Assembly: GCA_963749075.1 (NCBI GenBank)
Contig: CAVVLJ010000023.1
Location: 69,269-133,268, forward strand
Direction of reading: 5' to 3'
From: an uncultured Pseudomonadota bacterium
GTDB taxonomy: Bacteria > Pseudomonadota > Alphaproteobacteria > JACZXZ01
Length of the DNA stretch: 64,000 bases
The stretch's first letter is position 1, and the number at the start of each line of letters is the position of its first letter. Shown here piece after piece: positions 9,013 through 17,938 of the stretch. The position numbers and the translations under genes are program-made. The notes beneath the pieces were generated by a model. The model saw nothing but the letters and a program-made list of their open reading frames with translations, searched no databases and was not told where the DNA came from.

Positions 9013-9741
9013 ATGGCGGACGATAGGGCACAGCTTCACGTGGCCGAGAGCGCCGAGGCGCTCGCCCGCGACGCCGCCGATTTTCTCTGCAGCGCGGCCA
9101 CCGCCGCTGAGGCACGCTTCACCGTGTGCCTCGCCGGCGGCTCGACGCCCAAGCGGCTCTACGAGCTCCTCTCCGGTCCCGACTATGCCGGCCCCTTCCC
9201 CTGGGCACGAGCCCATTGGTTCCTCGGCGACGAGCGTTTCGTGCCGCACGACGACCGAGAGAGCAATTACCGCATGGTGCGCGAGACGCTCCTCGCGCGC
9301 GCGCCGGTGCCTCAAGAGAACGTCCACCCGGTGCCGACCGAGGGCCTGACGCCGGAGGCCGCGGCCGCGGCCTACGAGCAGGAGCTCAAGCGCCATTACG
9401 GCTCGGCTACGCTCGAGCGGGAGCGCCCGCTCTTCGACGTGACCCTCTTGGGCCTCGGCGAGGACGGCCACACGGCGTCGCTCTTCCCCGGCCATGCGGC
9501 GCTCGAGGAGCGCCAACGTTGGGCGCTCGCGGTGGCGGGCGCCAAGCCCGAGGTGCGCATCACGCTCACCTATTCCGTGCTCGAGAGCAGCCGGGAGGTG
9601 GTCTTCATGGTGGCGGGTGCCGGGAAGCGCGAGAGGCTCGCCGAGGTGCGGCGCGGCGGCGCGCTCCCGGCGGCGCGCCTCAAGCCCGTCGGCCGGCTCC
9701 ACTGGTTCGCCGACCGCGCGGCGGCTCCCGAAGGGGCCTGA
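9013..9741 (+). CDS. pgl: 6-phosphogluconolactonase
   Basis: LAGGSTP, GDERFVP, SNYRM, DVTLLGLGEDGHTASLFP, RITLT. Confidence 0.95.
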   Translation: MADDRAQLHVAESAEALARDAADFLCSAATAAEARFTVCLAGGSTPKRLYELLSGPDYAGPFPWARAHWFLGDERFVPHDDRESNYRMVRETLLARAPVPQENVHPVPTEGLTPEAAAAAYEQELKRHYGSATLERERPLFDVTLLGLGEDGHTASLFPGHAALEERQRWALAVAGAKPEVRITLTYSVLESSREVVFMVAGAGKRERLAEVRRGGALPAARLKPVGRLHWFADRAAAPEGA

Positions 9742-9751
9742 GCGCCGCGGC

Positions 9752-10528
9752 TCAGGCGAGCGTCATCTCGGTCAGCGGCACCACGCGCACGCCGGCCGCC
9801 TCGAGGCCCTGGCGCACGGCGCGCGCGGCCTCGACGGCACTCGGCTCGTCGCCGTGGACGCAGAGGCTGTCGAGCTTCTGCGGGATGTGCTTGCCGTTGC
9901 GCGAGACGATCTCGCCGTCGAGCACCATGGCGACGACGCGGCGCTTGATCTCCTCCGCGTCGTGCAGCACGGCACCCGCGATCTTGCGCGAGGTGAGGTT
10001 GCCGTCGTCGTCGTAGAGGCGGTCGCAGAAGCCCTCGCGCGCGAGCGGCAGGCCGAGCTCGAGTGCCGCGTGCTCCATCTCCGAGCCGGCCAGCGCCACA
10101 TAGATCATCTTTGGGTCGACCGTCTTCATGGCGCGGCCGATGGCGAGCGCCATGTCGCGGTTCTCCGCCGCCATGTTGTTGAGCGAGCCGTGCGCCTTCA
10201 AGTGGCTCACCTTGACGCCGGCATAGGCGGCGATCGCCTGCAGCGCGCCGATCTGGTAGGCGACCATGTATTCGAGGTCGCGCAAGCCCATGTCGATGCG
10301 GCGGCGCCCGAAGCCCCAGAGGTCGTTGAAGCCCGGGTGCGCGCCGATGCTGACGCCCTTCTCCTTGGCGCGCATCACCGTGTGATGCATGACGTTGGAA
10401 TCGCCCGCGTGGAAGCCGCAGGCGACGCTGGCGGAGCCGATGACGTCGAGGAGGGCGTCGTCGTTGCCGATCTTGAAGGCCCCGAAGCTCTCGCCCATGT
10501 CCGCGTTGAGATTGACTTCCTTGGCCAT
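9752..10528 (-). CDS. pxpA: 5-oxoprolinase subunit A (LamB/YcsF)
   Basis: NLNADMGESFG, ACGFHAGD, GAHPG, HLKAHGSLNN, SLCVHGD. Confidence 0.92.
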   Translation of the reverse strand: MAKEVNLNADMGESFGAFKIGNDDALLDVIGSASVACGFHAGDSNVMHHTVMRAKEKGVSIGAHPGFNDLWGFGRRRIDMGLRDLEYMVAYQIGALQAIAAYAGVKVSHLKAHGSLNNMAAENRDMALAIGRAMKTVDPKMIYVALAGSEMEHAALELGLPLAREGFCDRLYDDDGNLTSRKIAGAVLHDAEEIKRRVVAMVLDGEIVSRNGKHIPQKLDSLCVHGDEPSAVEAARAVRQGLEAAGVRVVPLTEMTLA

Positions 10529-10594
10529 CGCCGCACTCCTCCTCAAGCCAGGCCGCCGGCCCTGGTCTTCCGCCGGCCCCTGTGGTACGAAGCC

Positions 10595-10611
10595 GATCTG
10601 GTACTAAGATC
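10595..10611. promoter_or_regulatory. Palindrome in the divergent pxpA/pxpB intergenic region, possible operator
   Basis: GATCT-GGTACTA-AGATC dyad. Confidence 0.3.
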
Positions 10612-10679
10612 GAGACGATCATAAGATAGGCCTTTCCGGCCGATCAATCGAATCATCGGCTCCGTGGCGGGCGGTCGAG

Positions 10680-11402
10680 GTGACGGCGAGATTCCTCTCG
10701 AGCGGCGACAGCGCGCTCGTGGTCGAGTTCGGCGAGCGCATCGAGCGGCGGCTGAGCGACGAGGTGTTGCGGCTCGATGCGCGCGTCCGCGAGGCGGGGC
10801 TTTCCGGCGTCGTCGAGACCGTCCCCACCCTGCGCTCGCTCATGGTGCATTACGATCCCTTGCGTACGAGTGCCGCGGAGCTCCAAGCGGCGATCGAGCG
10901 GCTCATGGGCGCCGCGGCGGCGCTCGAGCGCAAGGGGCACCTCTGGCGTCTGCCGGTGTGCTACGAGGACGACTACGCCCCCGACCTCGCCGAGGTCGCC
11001 GAGAGGAAGGGGCTGGCGCCCGAGCAGGTCGTCTCGCTCCATTCGGGCACCCGTTATCACGTCTACATGATCGGCTTCCTCCCCGGCCTGCCCTACATGG
11101 GCGACCTGCCGGAGGCGCTGGCGCTGGCGCGGCGCGCCGACCCGCGCGTGCGGCTTCCCGCCGGCGCGGTCGCCATCGCCACCACCATGACCATCGTCTA
11201 TCCGCTGGAGAGCCCGGGCGGCTGGCATCTCATAGGGGCTACGCCCGTCCGCCTCTTCGACGCGAGCTGGCCGCAGCCCGCACTCCTCGCCCCCGGCGAT
11301 GCGGTCGAGTTCGAGCCCATCGACAAGCGCGCATTCGCCAAGCTCAAGACCGCGGTCGAGCGCGGCAAGTATCAGCCCCACCACGAGGAGCTGGCACCTT
11401 GA
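10680..11402 (+). CDS. pxpB: 5-oxoprolinase subunit B
   Basis: GDSALVVEFG, ETVPTLRSL, YMIGFLPGLPY, YPLESPGGWHLIG. Confidence 0.92.
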   Translation: MTARFLSSGDSALVVEFGERIERRLSDEVLRLDARVREAGLSGVVETVPTLRSLMVHYDPLRTSAAELQAAIERLMGAAAALERKGHLWRLPVCYEDDYAPDLAEVAERKGLAPEQVVSLHSGTRYHVYMIGFLPGLPYMGDLPEALALARRADPRVRLPAGAVAIATTMTIVYPLESPGGWHLIGATPVRLFDASWPQPALLAPGDAVEFEPIDKRAFAKLKTAVERGKYQPHHEELAP

Positions 11403-12433
11403 GCGCCGCCCTCAAGGTCGTAGCACCCGGCCTGCACAGCACGGTGCAGGACCTAGGCCGCTTCGGCTATCAGGCGGCGGGCGTGCCGGTGTCGGGCGCC
11501 CTCGACGCCGTGAGCCTGCGCCTCGCCAACCGCCTCGCCGGCAATGGCGACAATGCCGCGGCCCTCGAGATCCTCTACCACGGCCCGACCTTCGAGGTGG
11601 AGGCAGCGAGCGTGCGCGCAGCACTCGCGGGCGGCGGCGCCGTGCTCGAGCTCGTGGGCGAGCGCGCGCAACTGCTCGGCGGCTGGAGGAGCCACAGCTT
11701 CCGCCGCGGCGAGCGCTTCCGCGTGAGATTCCTCGAGGAGGCCTCCTGCTGCTATCTGGCGCTCGAGGGCGGCATCGCGGTCGAGCCCTGTCTCGGCAGT
11801 GCCGCCACTTACGTGCGCGGCGGCTTCGGCGGCTTCAAGGGGCGCGCGCTTCAAGCGGGCGATCTCCTGCCGCTCGCCCGCGAGAGCGTGGAGGAGCGTC
11901 CCGAGCTCGCACTTTTAAGCCCGCCCGGGGCGGGGCGCGAGCGGCCGCTCCGCGTCGTGCTCGGGCCGCAGCAGGATCATTTCAGCGAGGCGGCCTTGGA
12001 GCACCTCCTCGGCGCCGGGTTCGCCGTCTCGAAGGACGCCGACCGCATGGGCTTGAGGCTCGATGGGCCGCGGCTCGCTCACCGGGACGGCTACGACATC
12101 GCCTCCGACGGCATCGCCACCGGCGCCATCCAGGTGCCCGGCTCGGGCCAGGCCATCCTCTTGCTCGCCGATCACCAGACGACCGGCGGCTATCCCAAGA
12201 TCGCCACGGTGATCTCGGCCGACCTGCCGCTCGCCGGCCGCCGCCGGCCGGGCGATGCCGTGCGCTTCGCCGCCGTCGAGGTGGCGGAGGCGGAGGCCTT
12301 GCGCCGCGCCGAGGAGGCGGCGTTCCAGGCGCTCGCCGCCAGCTTCGTTACGGCCGAAGCCGCCGCCGGCTTCGATCCCGAGCGCCTCTACCGCACGAAC
12401 CTCATCAGCGGCGTGGTCTCGGGCCATGAGTGA
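11399..12433 (+). CDS. pxpC: 5-oxoprolinase subunit C
   Basis: TTG start; TVQDLGRFG, DRMGLRL, GAIQVPGSGQ, DHQTTGGYPKIA. Confidence 0.92.
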   Translation: MSAALKVVAPGLHSTVQDLGRFGYQAAGVPVSGALDAVSLRLANRLAGNGDNAAALEILYHGPTFEVEAASVRAALAGGGAVLELVGERAQLLGGWRSHSFRRGERFRVRFLEEASCCYLALEGGIAVEPCLGSAATYVRGGFGGFKGRALQAGDLLPLARESVEERPELALLSPPGAGRERPLRVVLGPQQDHFSEAALEHLLGAGFAVSKDADRMGLRLDGPRLAHRDGYDIASDGIATGAIQVPGSGQAILLLADHQTTGGYPKIATVISADLPLAGRRRPGDAVRFAAVEVAEAEALRRAEEAAFQALAASFVTAEAAAGFDPERLYRTNLISGVVSGHE

Positions 12434-12472
12434 GGGGGTATGACCGGCGATCAAGCAGGCTAGGGTGGCATC

Positions 12473-12792
12473 ATGGGTCAATTGGCGAAGACCTTCCGGC
12501 TGAGCCGCATCCCGCTCTATCTCCAGGTGGCGGCCACGCTCGCCACGCCGCACTCGCCGTCCTCGCCGCGATGAAGGACATCGGCATCGCGTCCGCGCGC
12601 CAGACCCTCGTCATCGCGAGCGCCGATCCCGAGACGGCGCGGCTCTTGAAGGTGCCGCTCAATTCGCCGACCGCCGAGGCCCATTGCGTGGTCATCGACC
12701 GCCGCGGCTTCGCCATCTACATTGCCGACATCATCTACCGCGGCGATTGCATCCGCATCGAGACCAGCCTGCGCGCGCCGCCGGAGCGCTGA
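12473..12792 (+). pseudogene. GntR/HutC (UTRA) regulator with internal deletion and frameshift
   Basis: Frame from ATG 12473 gives MGQLAKTFRLSRIPLYLQVAATL (start of a GntR wHTH); at ~12540 another frame gives ARQTLVIASADPETARLLKVP...IYRGD (UTRA C-terminus). Confidence 0.75.
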
Positions 12793-12811
12793 GGGAGCCC
12801 GAGGGAAGTCC

Positions 12812-15163
12812 ATGAGCGACACGGCCAAGGGCGTCGGCGCGCGCATGGAGCGCAAGGAGGACGAGCGCCTGCTGCGCGGCCGCGGCCGCTACGTGGCCGA
12901 CATCCGCCTCCCCGGCATGCGCGAGGTCGCCTTCGTGCGGAGCCCCCTCGCGCACGCGCGCATCAGGGGCATCGCGGTGCCCGAGCGCCTGAGCAGCTCC
13001 GTCTTCACCGCGGCCGATCTGGCCGGCGTCAAGCCGATCCGCGCCGTCTCGGGCCTGCCGGGCTTCAAGCCCTCGGTGCAGCCGGCCCTCGCCACGGGCA
13101 AGGTGCGCCACGTGGGCGAGCTCGTGGCGATGTGCGTGGCCGACAGCCGCGCCGCTGCCGAGGACATTGCCGCTGCCGTCACGCTCGATCTCGAGGAGCT
13201 CCCCGCCGTCCACGACATGCTGCAGGGGCGTACTGCCGGCGCGCCGCTCCTCCACGAGGAATGGGGCGACAACATCTTCCTCGAGACGCGCATAGACGGC
13301 GACATCGAGGCGGTGGCGGCCGAAGCCCCCATCCGCGTCAGCCGCGAGTTCCGTACCGCCCGGCAATGCATGGCGCCGCTCGAAGGGAAGGGCGTGCTCG
13401 CCGAATGGGACAACCGCCTGGACCAGCTCGTCGTCTATAGCGCTACGCAGATCCCGCACATCGTGCGCACGGGGCTTGCCGAGTGCCTCGGCCTCGAGCA
13501 GGGCCAAGTGCGCGTGATCTCGCCCGACGTGGGCGGCGGCTTCGGATATAAGGGCATCCTCGCCGCCGAGGAGATCGCGGTCGCCTGGCTCGCCATCAAG
13601 CTGGGCCGCCCGGTGCGCTGGATCGAGGACCGGCGCGAGCACTTGACGGCCGCGGCCAATTGCCGCGAGCACCACTACCGCATCGCCGCCTACGCGGCGC
13701 GCGACGGCAGGCTCCTGGCCGTCGATTGCGAGGCGACCGTCGATTCCGGCGCCTATTCGGCCTATCCCTTCTCCGCCTGCCTCGAGGCGGCGCAGGTGGC
13801 GAGCATCCTCCCGGGTCCTTACGACTTCGCCGCCTACCGCTGCCGCACCTATTCGGTCGCCACCAACAAATGCCCGATCCTGCCCTACCGCGGCGTGGCG
13901 CGCACCGGCGTCTGCTTCGCCATCGAGCTCCTGCTCGATGCGATTGCGCGCGAGGCAGGGCTCGAGCCCTACGAAGTGCGCCTCAAGAACCTGGTGCCGC
14001 CCGAGCGCATGCCCTTCGAGAACATCACGAATAAGCACTTCGACAGCGGCGACTACCCGCAATGCCTCAAGCGCGCGGTCGCGGCCATCGGTCTCGATGG
14101 GTTGCGCGCGCGCCAGCGCCGCGGCGAGCCCGACGGAAGGCTCTTGGGCGTCGGCCTTGCGATCTTCTGCGAGCAGGCGGCGCACGGCACCTCGGTCTAC
14201 GCCGGCTGGGGCATTCCCATGGTGCCGGGGCACGAGCAGGCGACCGCGCGCCTGACGCCCGACGGCGGGCTCGAGCTCCGCTTGGGCGTGCACTCCCACG
14301 GCCAGGGCCTCGAGACGACGCTGGCCCAGGTCGCGCATGAGGTGCTGGGCGTCGACCCCGCCAGGATCAAGACCGTGCTCGGCGATACGGCGCTGACGCC
14401 CTACTCGACGGGCACCTGGGGCTCGCGCTGCATGGTGATGGCGGGGGGTGCGGTGACCCGCGCCTGCCGGGAGATCGCCCGGCGCGCCGCGCGCATCGGC
14501 GCCAAGCTCCTGCAGACCGAGGAAAGCATGGTCGTCGTTGCCGAGGGCGAAGTGCGCGGGCCTCGCGGCGCGGTCACCCTCGCCGAGATCGCCAAGGTCT
14601 GGTACCTGCGGCCGCAGGATCTCCCCGCCGACGTGGACCCCGGCGGGCTCGAGGCCACGGCCGGCTACAAGCCGCAACGCGACAGCGGCACCTTCAGCTA
14701 CGCGGCGCACGCGGCCGTCGTCGCCGTCGATGCCGAGACGGGCGAGGTCGAGATCCTCGACTATGCCATCGTCGAGGACGGCGGCGTGCTGGTCAATCCC
14801 ATGATCGTCGACGGGCAGGTCTTTGGCGGTGCCGCCCAGGGCATCGGCACGGCGCTCTACGAGGAGATGCCCTTCGACGCGAGCGGCCAGCCACTCGCCT
14901 CGACGCTCTCGGATTACCTCCTCCCCGGCGCCACCGAGGTCCCCGACATCCGCATCGAGCATATGGAGACGCCGTCGCCCTATACCGAGTTCGGCGTCAA
15001 GGGCATCGGCGAGGGCGGCGCCATCGGCCCGCCGGCAGCGCTCGGCAATGCGATCAACGACGCGCTGCGTGCGCTCGGCGCCGAGCTGGCGGCGACGCCG
15101 ATGACGCCACGCCGCATCCTCGAGGCGATCGCCGCGGCGAAGCTTCGGCGCGGCCCGGCATGA
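12812..15163 (+). CDS. Xanthine dehydrogenase-family molybdopterin-binding large subunit
   Basis: RKEDERLLRGRG, DVGGGFG, active-site loop PYRGVAR, HGQGLETT, KGIGEGG. Confidence 0.9.
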   Translation: MSDTAKGVGARMERKEDERLLRGRGRYVADIRLPGMREVAFVRSPLAHARIRGIAVPERLSSSVFTAADLAGVKPIRAVSGLPGFKPSVQPALATGKVRHVGELVAMCVADSRAAAEDIAAAVTLDLEELPAVHDMLQGRTAGAPLLHEEWGDNIFLETRIDGDIEAVAAEAPIRVSREFRTARQCMAPLEGKGVLAEWDNRLDQLVVYSATQIPHIVRTGLAECLGLEQGQVRVISPDVGGGFGYKGILAAEEIAVAWLAIKLGRPVRWIEDRREHLTAAANCREHHYRIAAYAARDGRLLAVDCEATVDSGAYSAYPFSACLEAAQVASILPGPYDFAAYRCRTYSVATNKCPILPYRGVARTGVCFAIELLLDAIAREAGLEPYEVRLKNLVPPERMPFENITNKHFDSGDYPQCLKRAVAAIGLDGLRARQRRGEPDGRLLGVGLAIFCEQAAHGTSVYAGWGIPMVPGHEQATARLTPDGGLELRLGVHSHGQGLETTLAQVAHEVLGVDPARIKTVLGDTALTPYSTGTWGSRCMVMAGGAVTRACREIARRAARIGAKLLQTEESMVVVAEGEVRGPRGAVTLAEIAKVWYLRPQDLPADVDPGGLEATAGYKPQRDSGTFSYAAHAAVVAVDAETGEVEILDYAIVEDGGVLVNPMIVDGQVFGGAAQGIGTALYEEMPFDASGQPLASTLSDYLLPGATEVPDIRIEHMETPSPYTEFGVKGIGEGGAIGPPAALGNAINDALRALGAELAATPMTPRRILEAIAAAKLRRGPA

Positions 15164-15996
15164 AGCCCGCCGCCTTCGCTTACGCGCGCCCGGCGAGCCT
15201 CGCGGAAGCGGGCGAGCTATTGCGGAGTGCTGACGGCGCCAAGGCGCTCGCCGGCGGCCAGTCGCTCGGCCCCATGCTCAACCTGCGCCTCGTCGAGCCG
15301 CGGCTCCTCGTCGATCTGACCGGCATCGCGGAGCTCACGCGCGTCGAGGAGGAGCGCGACGCCGTGACACTCGGCGCCTGCATCACCCATGCCGACATCG
15401 AGGACGGCCGCGTCCCCGATCCCACGGGCGGCCCGCTCGCCGCGATTGCTGCCGGCATCGCCTATCGCGCCGTGCGCAACCGCGGCACCATCGGCGGCAG
15501 CCTCTGCCACGCCGATCCGGCGGCCGACTGGGTCTCGGTGCTCGCCTGCCTCGGCGCCGAGGCGGTGATCGCGGGCGCTTCCGGGCGCCGCATCCTGCCG
15601 GTCGAGCGCTTCATCCGCGGCGCCTTCGAGGCAGCACTCGAGCCGGGCGAGCTCCTCTCGGCGGTGCGCATCCCGCGCCTCTCGCCGAGTGCGCGCTGGG
15701 GCTTTTGCAAGCTCTGCCGCAAGCCGGGCGAGTTCGCCCATGCGCTGGCGGCGGTGGCGTGCGATCCCGCCCGCGGCTTCCTCCGTCTCGTGCTCGGCGC
15801 CACGGGCGGCGCTCCGATGCTGTTGCCGGATGCCGCGTCCTTCTTCGAAGAGGCGGGCGGGACGGGGACGCTCGGCCGCTTCCGGCACGCGCACGCGGCG
15901 GAGCTTTTAGCCCAAGCCGTCCCTGGCGATGCGATCGAGCGGCAGTGGCGGCTCGCGGCCCTCAAGCGCGCCGCGGCCGCGGCGGGCGCCGCATGA
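15160..15996 (+). CDS. FAD-binding (CoxM/CutM-like) subunit
   Basis: MKPAAFAYARP, LAGGQSLGPMLNLR, RNRGTIGGSLCHADPAAD. Confidence 0.9.
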   Translation: MKPAAFAYARPASLAEAGELLRSADGAKALAGGQSLGPMLNLRLVEPRLLVDLTGIAELTRVEEERDAVTLGACITHADIEDGRVPDPTGGPLAAIAAGIAYRAVRNRGTIGGSLCHADPAADWVSVLACLGAEAVIAGASGRRILPVERFIRGAFEAALEPGELLSAVRIPRLSPSARWGFCKLCRKPGEFAHALAAVACDPARGFLRLVLGATGGAPMLLPDAASFFEEAGGTGTLGRFRHAHAAELLAQAVPGDAIERQWRLAALKRAAAAAGAA

Positions 15997-17195
15997 CGAC
16001 GGTCCGTCTCAGCGTGAACGGCAAGCCGGTCGAGGCGGAGGTCGAGCCGCGTCTGCAGCTCGCCGAATTCTTGCGCGAGCATCTCCTCGAGACCGGCACT
16101 CATCTCGGCTGCGAGCACGGCATCTGCGGCGCCTGCACGGTGCTGATCGACGGCGCGCCCGCGCGCTCCTGCATCGCCTACGCGGTCGCTTGCGAGGGTG
16201 CCGAGGTCACCACCATCGAGGGGCTGGACGGCGACGCGACCATGGCGAAGCTGCGCCGCGCCTTCGCGCGCGAGCACGCGCTGCAATGCGGCTTCTGCAC
16301 GCCCGGCATGCTGGCGAGCGCGCGCGACATCGTGCTGCGCCTGCCCGACGCCGATGCGCGGCGCATCCGCCTCGAGCTCGCGGGCAACCTCTGCCGCTGC
16401 ACCGGCTATGTCGGCATCGTGCGCGCGATTGCGAGCGTGCTCGAGGAGAACCGCCGCGTCGGGCGCGCAACAAGCCCGGCAGCACCACGGCGCCTCGGGC
16501 CCGTCGGCGCGCGGCCGGCCGTGGCAGCGGCTCAACCGGCATCCGCGATTGCCGCGGCGGCCGCCGCGGTGCCGCAACCTTCGAGTGCCGTTGGCCGGCC
16601 GGCCGAGGCCTTCAAGCCCGCCAGAGTCATAGCACGGTCCTTCGTCCTCAAGGCGCCGCCGGAGCGCGCCTGGCCGTGCTTCAAGGAAGTGGAGCTCCTC
16701 GCCGCCTGTTTGCCGGGTGCTTCGCTGACGAGGCCCGTGCGGGATGGCCAGCTCGAGGGCCTCTTGCGCGTGCGGCTCGGGCCCATCGCCGCCGCCTTTG
16801 CCGGCAGCGGCCAGGCGAGCTGGGACGACCGCACCTTCAGCGGCAAGCTGCGCGGCGGCGGGCGCGACCCCGCGAGCCGCTCGCAAGTCCAGGGCGAGAT
16901 CGCCTTCGCGCTCGCCGCGGCCAGGGACGGCGGCACGCGCGTCGAGGTCGAGATCGGCTTCGCGCTCGCAGGTCCCCTCGCCCAGTTCGGCCGCGGCGCC
17001 ATCGTCGACGACCTCGCGGCTCGTCTCACCGCGGAGTTCGCGCGCAACCTCGACGCCCGCATCGCGGCACGGCTCGGCGGCAGAGACAGCGCAGCGCCCG
17101 CCGCCGCCGCAGAGCTCCGCGCCGGCTCGCTCCTCCTCTCGGTCATATGGGCGCGCGTCAAGTCGTGGCTCAAGCGCGCGCTCGGGCGGCGCTGA
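15993..17195 (+). CDS. [2Fe-2S] small subunit fused to CoxG/SRPBCC domain
   Basis: GCEHGICGAC, QCGFCTPG, NLCRCTGY; Ala/Pro linker; then CoxG-like LAACLPGA...VRLGPI...LAQFGR. Confidence 0.88.
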   Translation: MTTVRLSVNGKPVEAEVEPRLQLAEFLREHLLETGTHLGCEHGICGACTVLIDGAPARSCIAYAVACEGAEVTTIEGLDGDATMAKLRRAFAREHALQCGFCTPGMLASARDIVLRLPDADARRIRLELAGNLCRCTGYVGIVRAIASVLEENRRVGRATSPAAPRRLGPVGARPAVAAAQPASAIAAAAAAVPQPSSAVGRPAEAFKPARVIARSFVLKAPPERAWPCFKEVELLAACLPGASLTRPVRDGQLEGLLRVRLGPIAAAFAGSGQASWDDRTFSGKLRGGGRDPASRSQVQGEIAFALAAARDGGTRVEVEIGFALAGPLAQFGRGAIVDDLAARLTAEFARNLDARIAARLGGRDSAAPAAAAELRAGSLLLSVIWARVKSWLKRALGRR

Positions 17196-17296
17196 GAGAT
17201 CGCGCGTCTACGTCTGCAGATGAAGACGCCGGATCAAATTCGCTTCCCCTCCAGAGTGCTGCAGCGCGGCCTGAAACATAGTCCTTCAAAACGGCG

Positions 17297-17314
17297 TTGA
17301 CAGGTTATATACAA
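17297..17314 (+). promoter_or_regulatory. sigma70 -35 box overlapped by a HutC/GntR-type operator
   Basis: Perfect TTGACA at 17297-17302 followed by GGTTATATACAA (GT-TATAT-AC dyad). Confidence 0.5.
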
Positions 17315-17412
17315 TATGTGAGCCTCGCCCTTGCCTTTGCCGGCACCGGCTGCGAAACTCGCATGGCCGTTGAGGGGGGAGCCGAGCGCCGGCGTCTTGT
17401 GGGGCGGAGGCC

Positions 17413-17805
17413 ATGAAGCAGGCCGCGGCGGTGCGCACATCTCCCGACCATCCGGCGAAGCTGATCGCGCGGATGTGGCGCGGCCAGACCGAGGCGAGCA
17501 AGGCCGAGGAATATGCGCGCTACCTCTACGAGGCAGGGGTGACGAAGATCGCGGCAATCCCCGGAAACCGAGGCGTCCAGATGCTGCGCCAGATCCACGA
17601 CGGCGTCGCGGACTTCGCCGTGCTCTCCTACTGGGACTCGTTCGATGCCATCAAGCGCTTTGCCGGCGAGGACTATGGCAAGGTCCGTCATCTGCCAAGG
17701 GATCCCGAATACATGATCGGAGCGGAGCCGGCGGTCCGCCATTTCGAGGTCATCGTCAACGACTGGACTGAGACGGTGCCCAAATCTCGCCAAAATATAG
17801 GTTAG
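17413..17805 (+). CDS. ABM-like (antibiotic biosynthesis monooxygenase fold) protein
   Basis: IARMWRG...IPGNRG...LSYWDSFDAIKRFAGED...VRHFEV. Confidence 0.75.
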   Translation: MKQAAAVRTSPDHPAKLIARMWRGQTEASKAEEYARYLYEAGVTKIAAIPGNRGVQMLRQIHDGVADFAVLSYWDSFDAIKRFAGEDYGKVRHLPRDPEYMIGAEPAVRHFEVIVNDWTETVPKSRQNIG

Positions 17806-17938
17806 ACTGAGAGCGCGCGACGGGACGCCGCACACGACGAGCAAGAAGCGAGGCGCCCGAAGACAAGGGATGGCGTGCGCCCAGCGAGCGCAGGAGAGGC
17901 TCGCAATCGGGCGCAAATCTCGCAATGACAACCGGGAG

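Noticed and set aside
12812-17195. Aerobic CO dehydrogenase (coxLMS/coxG)
   Set aside because: The active-site loop is PYRGVAR, neither form I AYxCSFR nor form II AYRGAGR.
17303-17314. TTATATACAA shared with the 21-bp inverted repeats
   Set aside because: Only the 10-bp AT core matches and it overlaps a promoter, so a GntR-type operator is the simpler reading.
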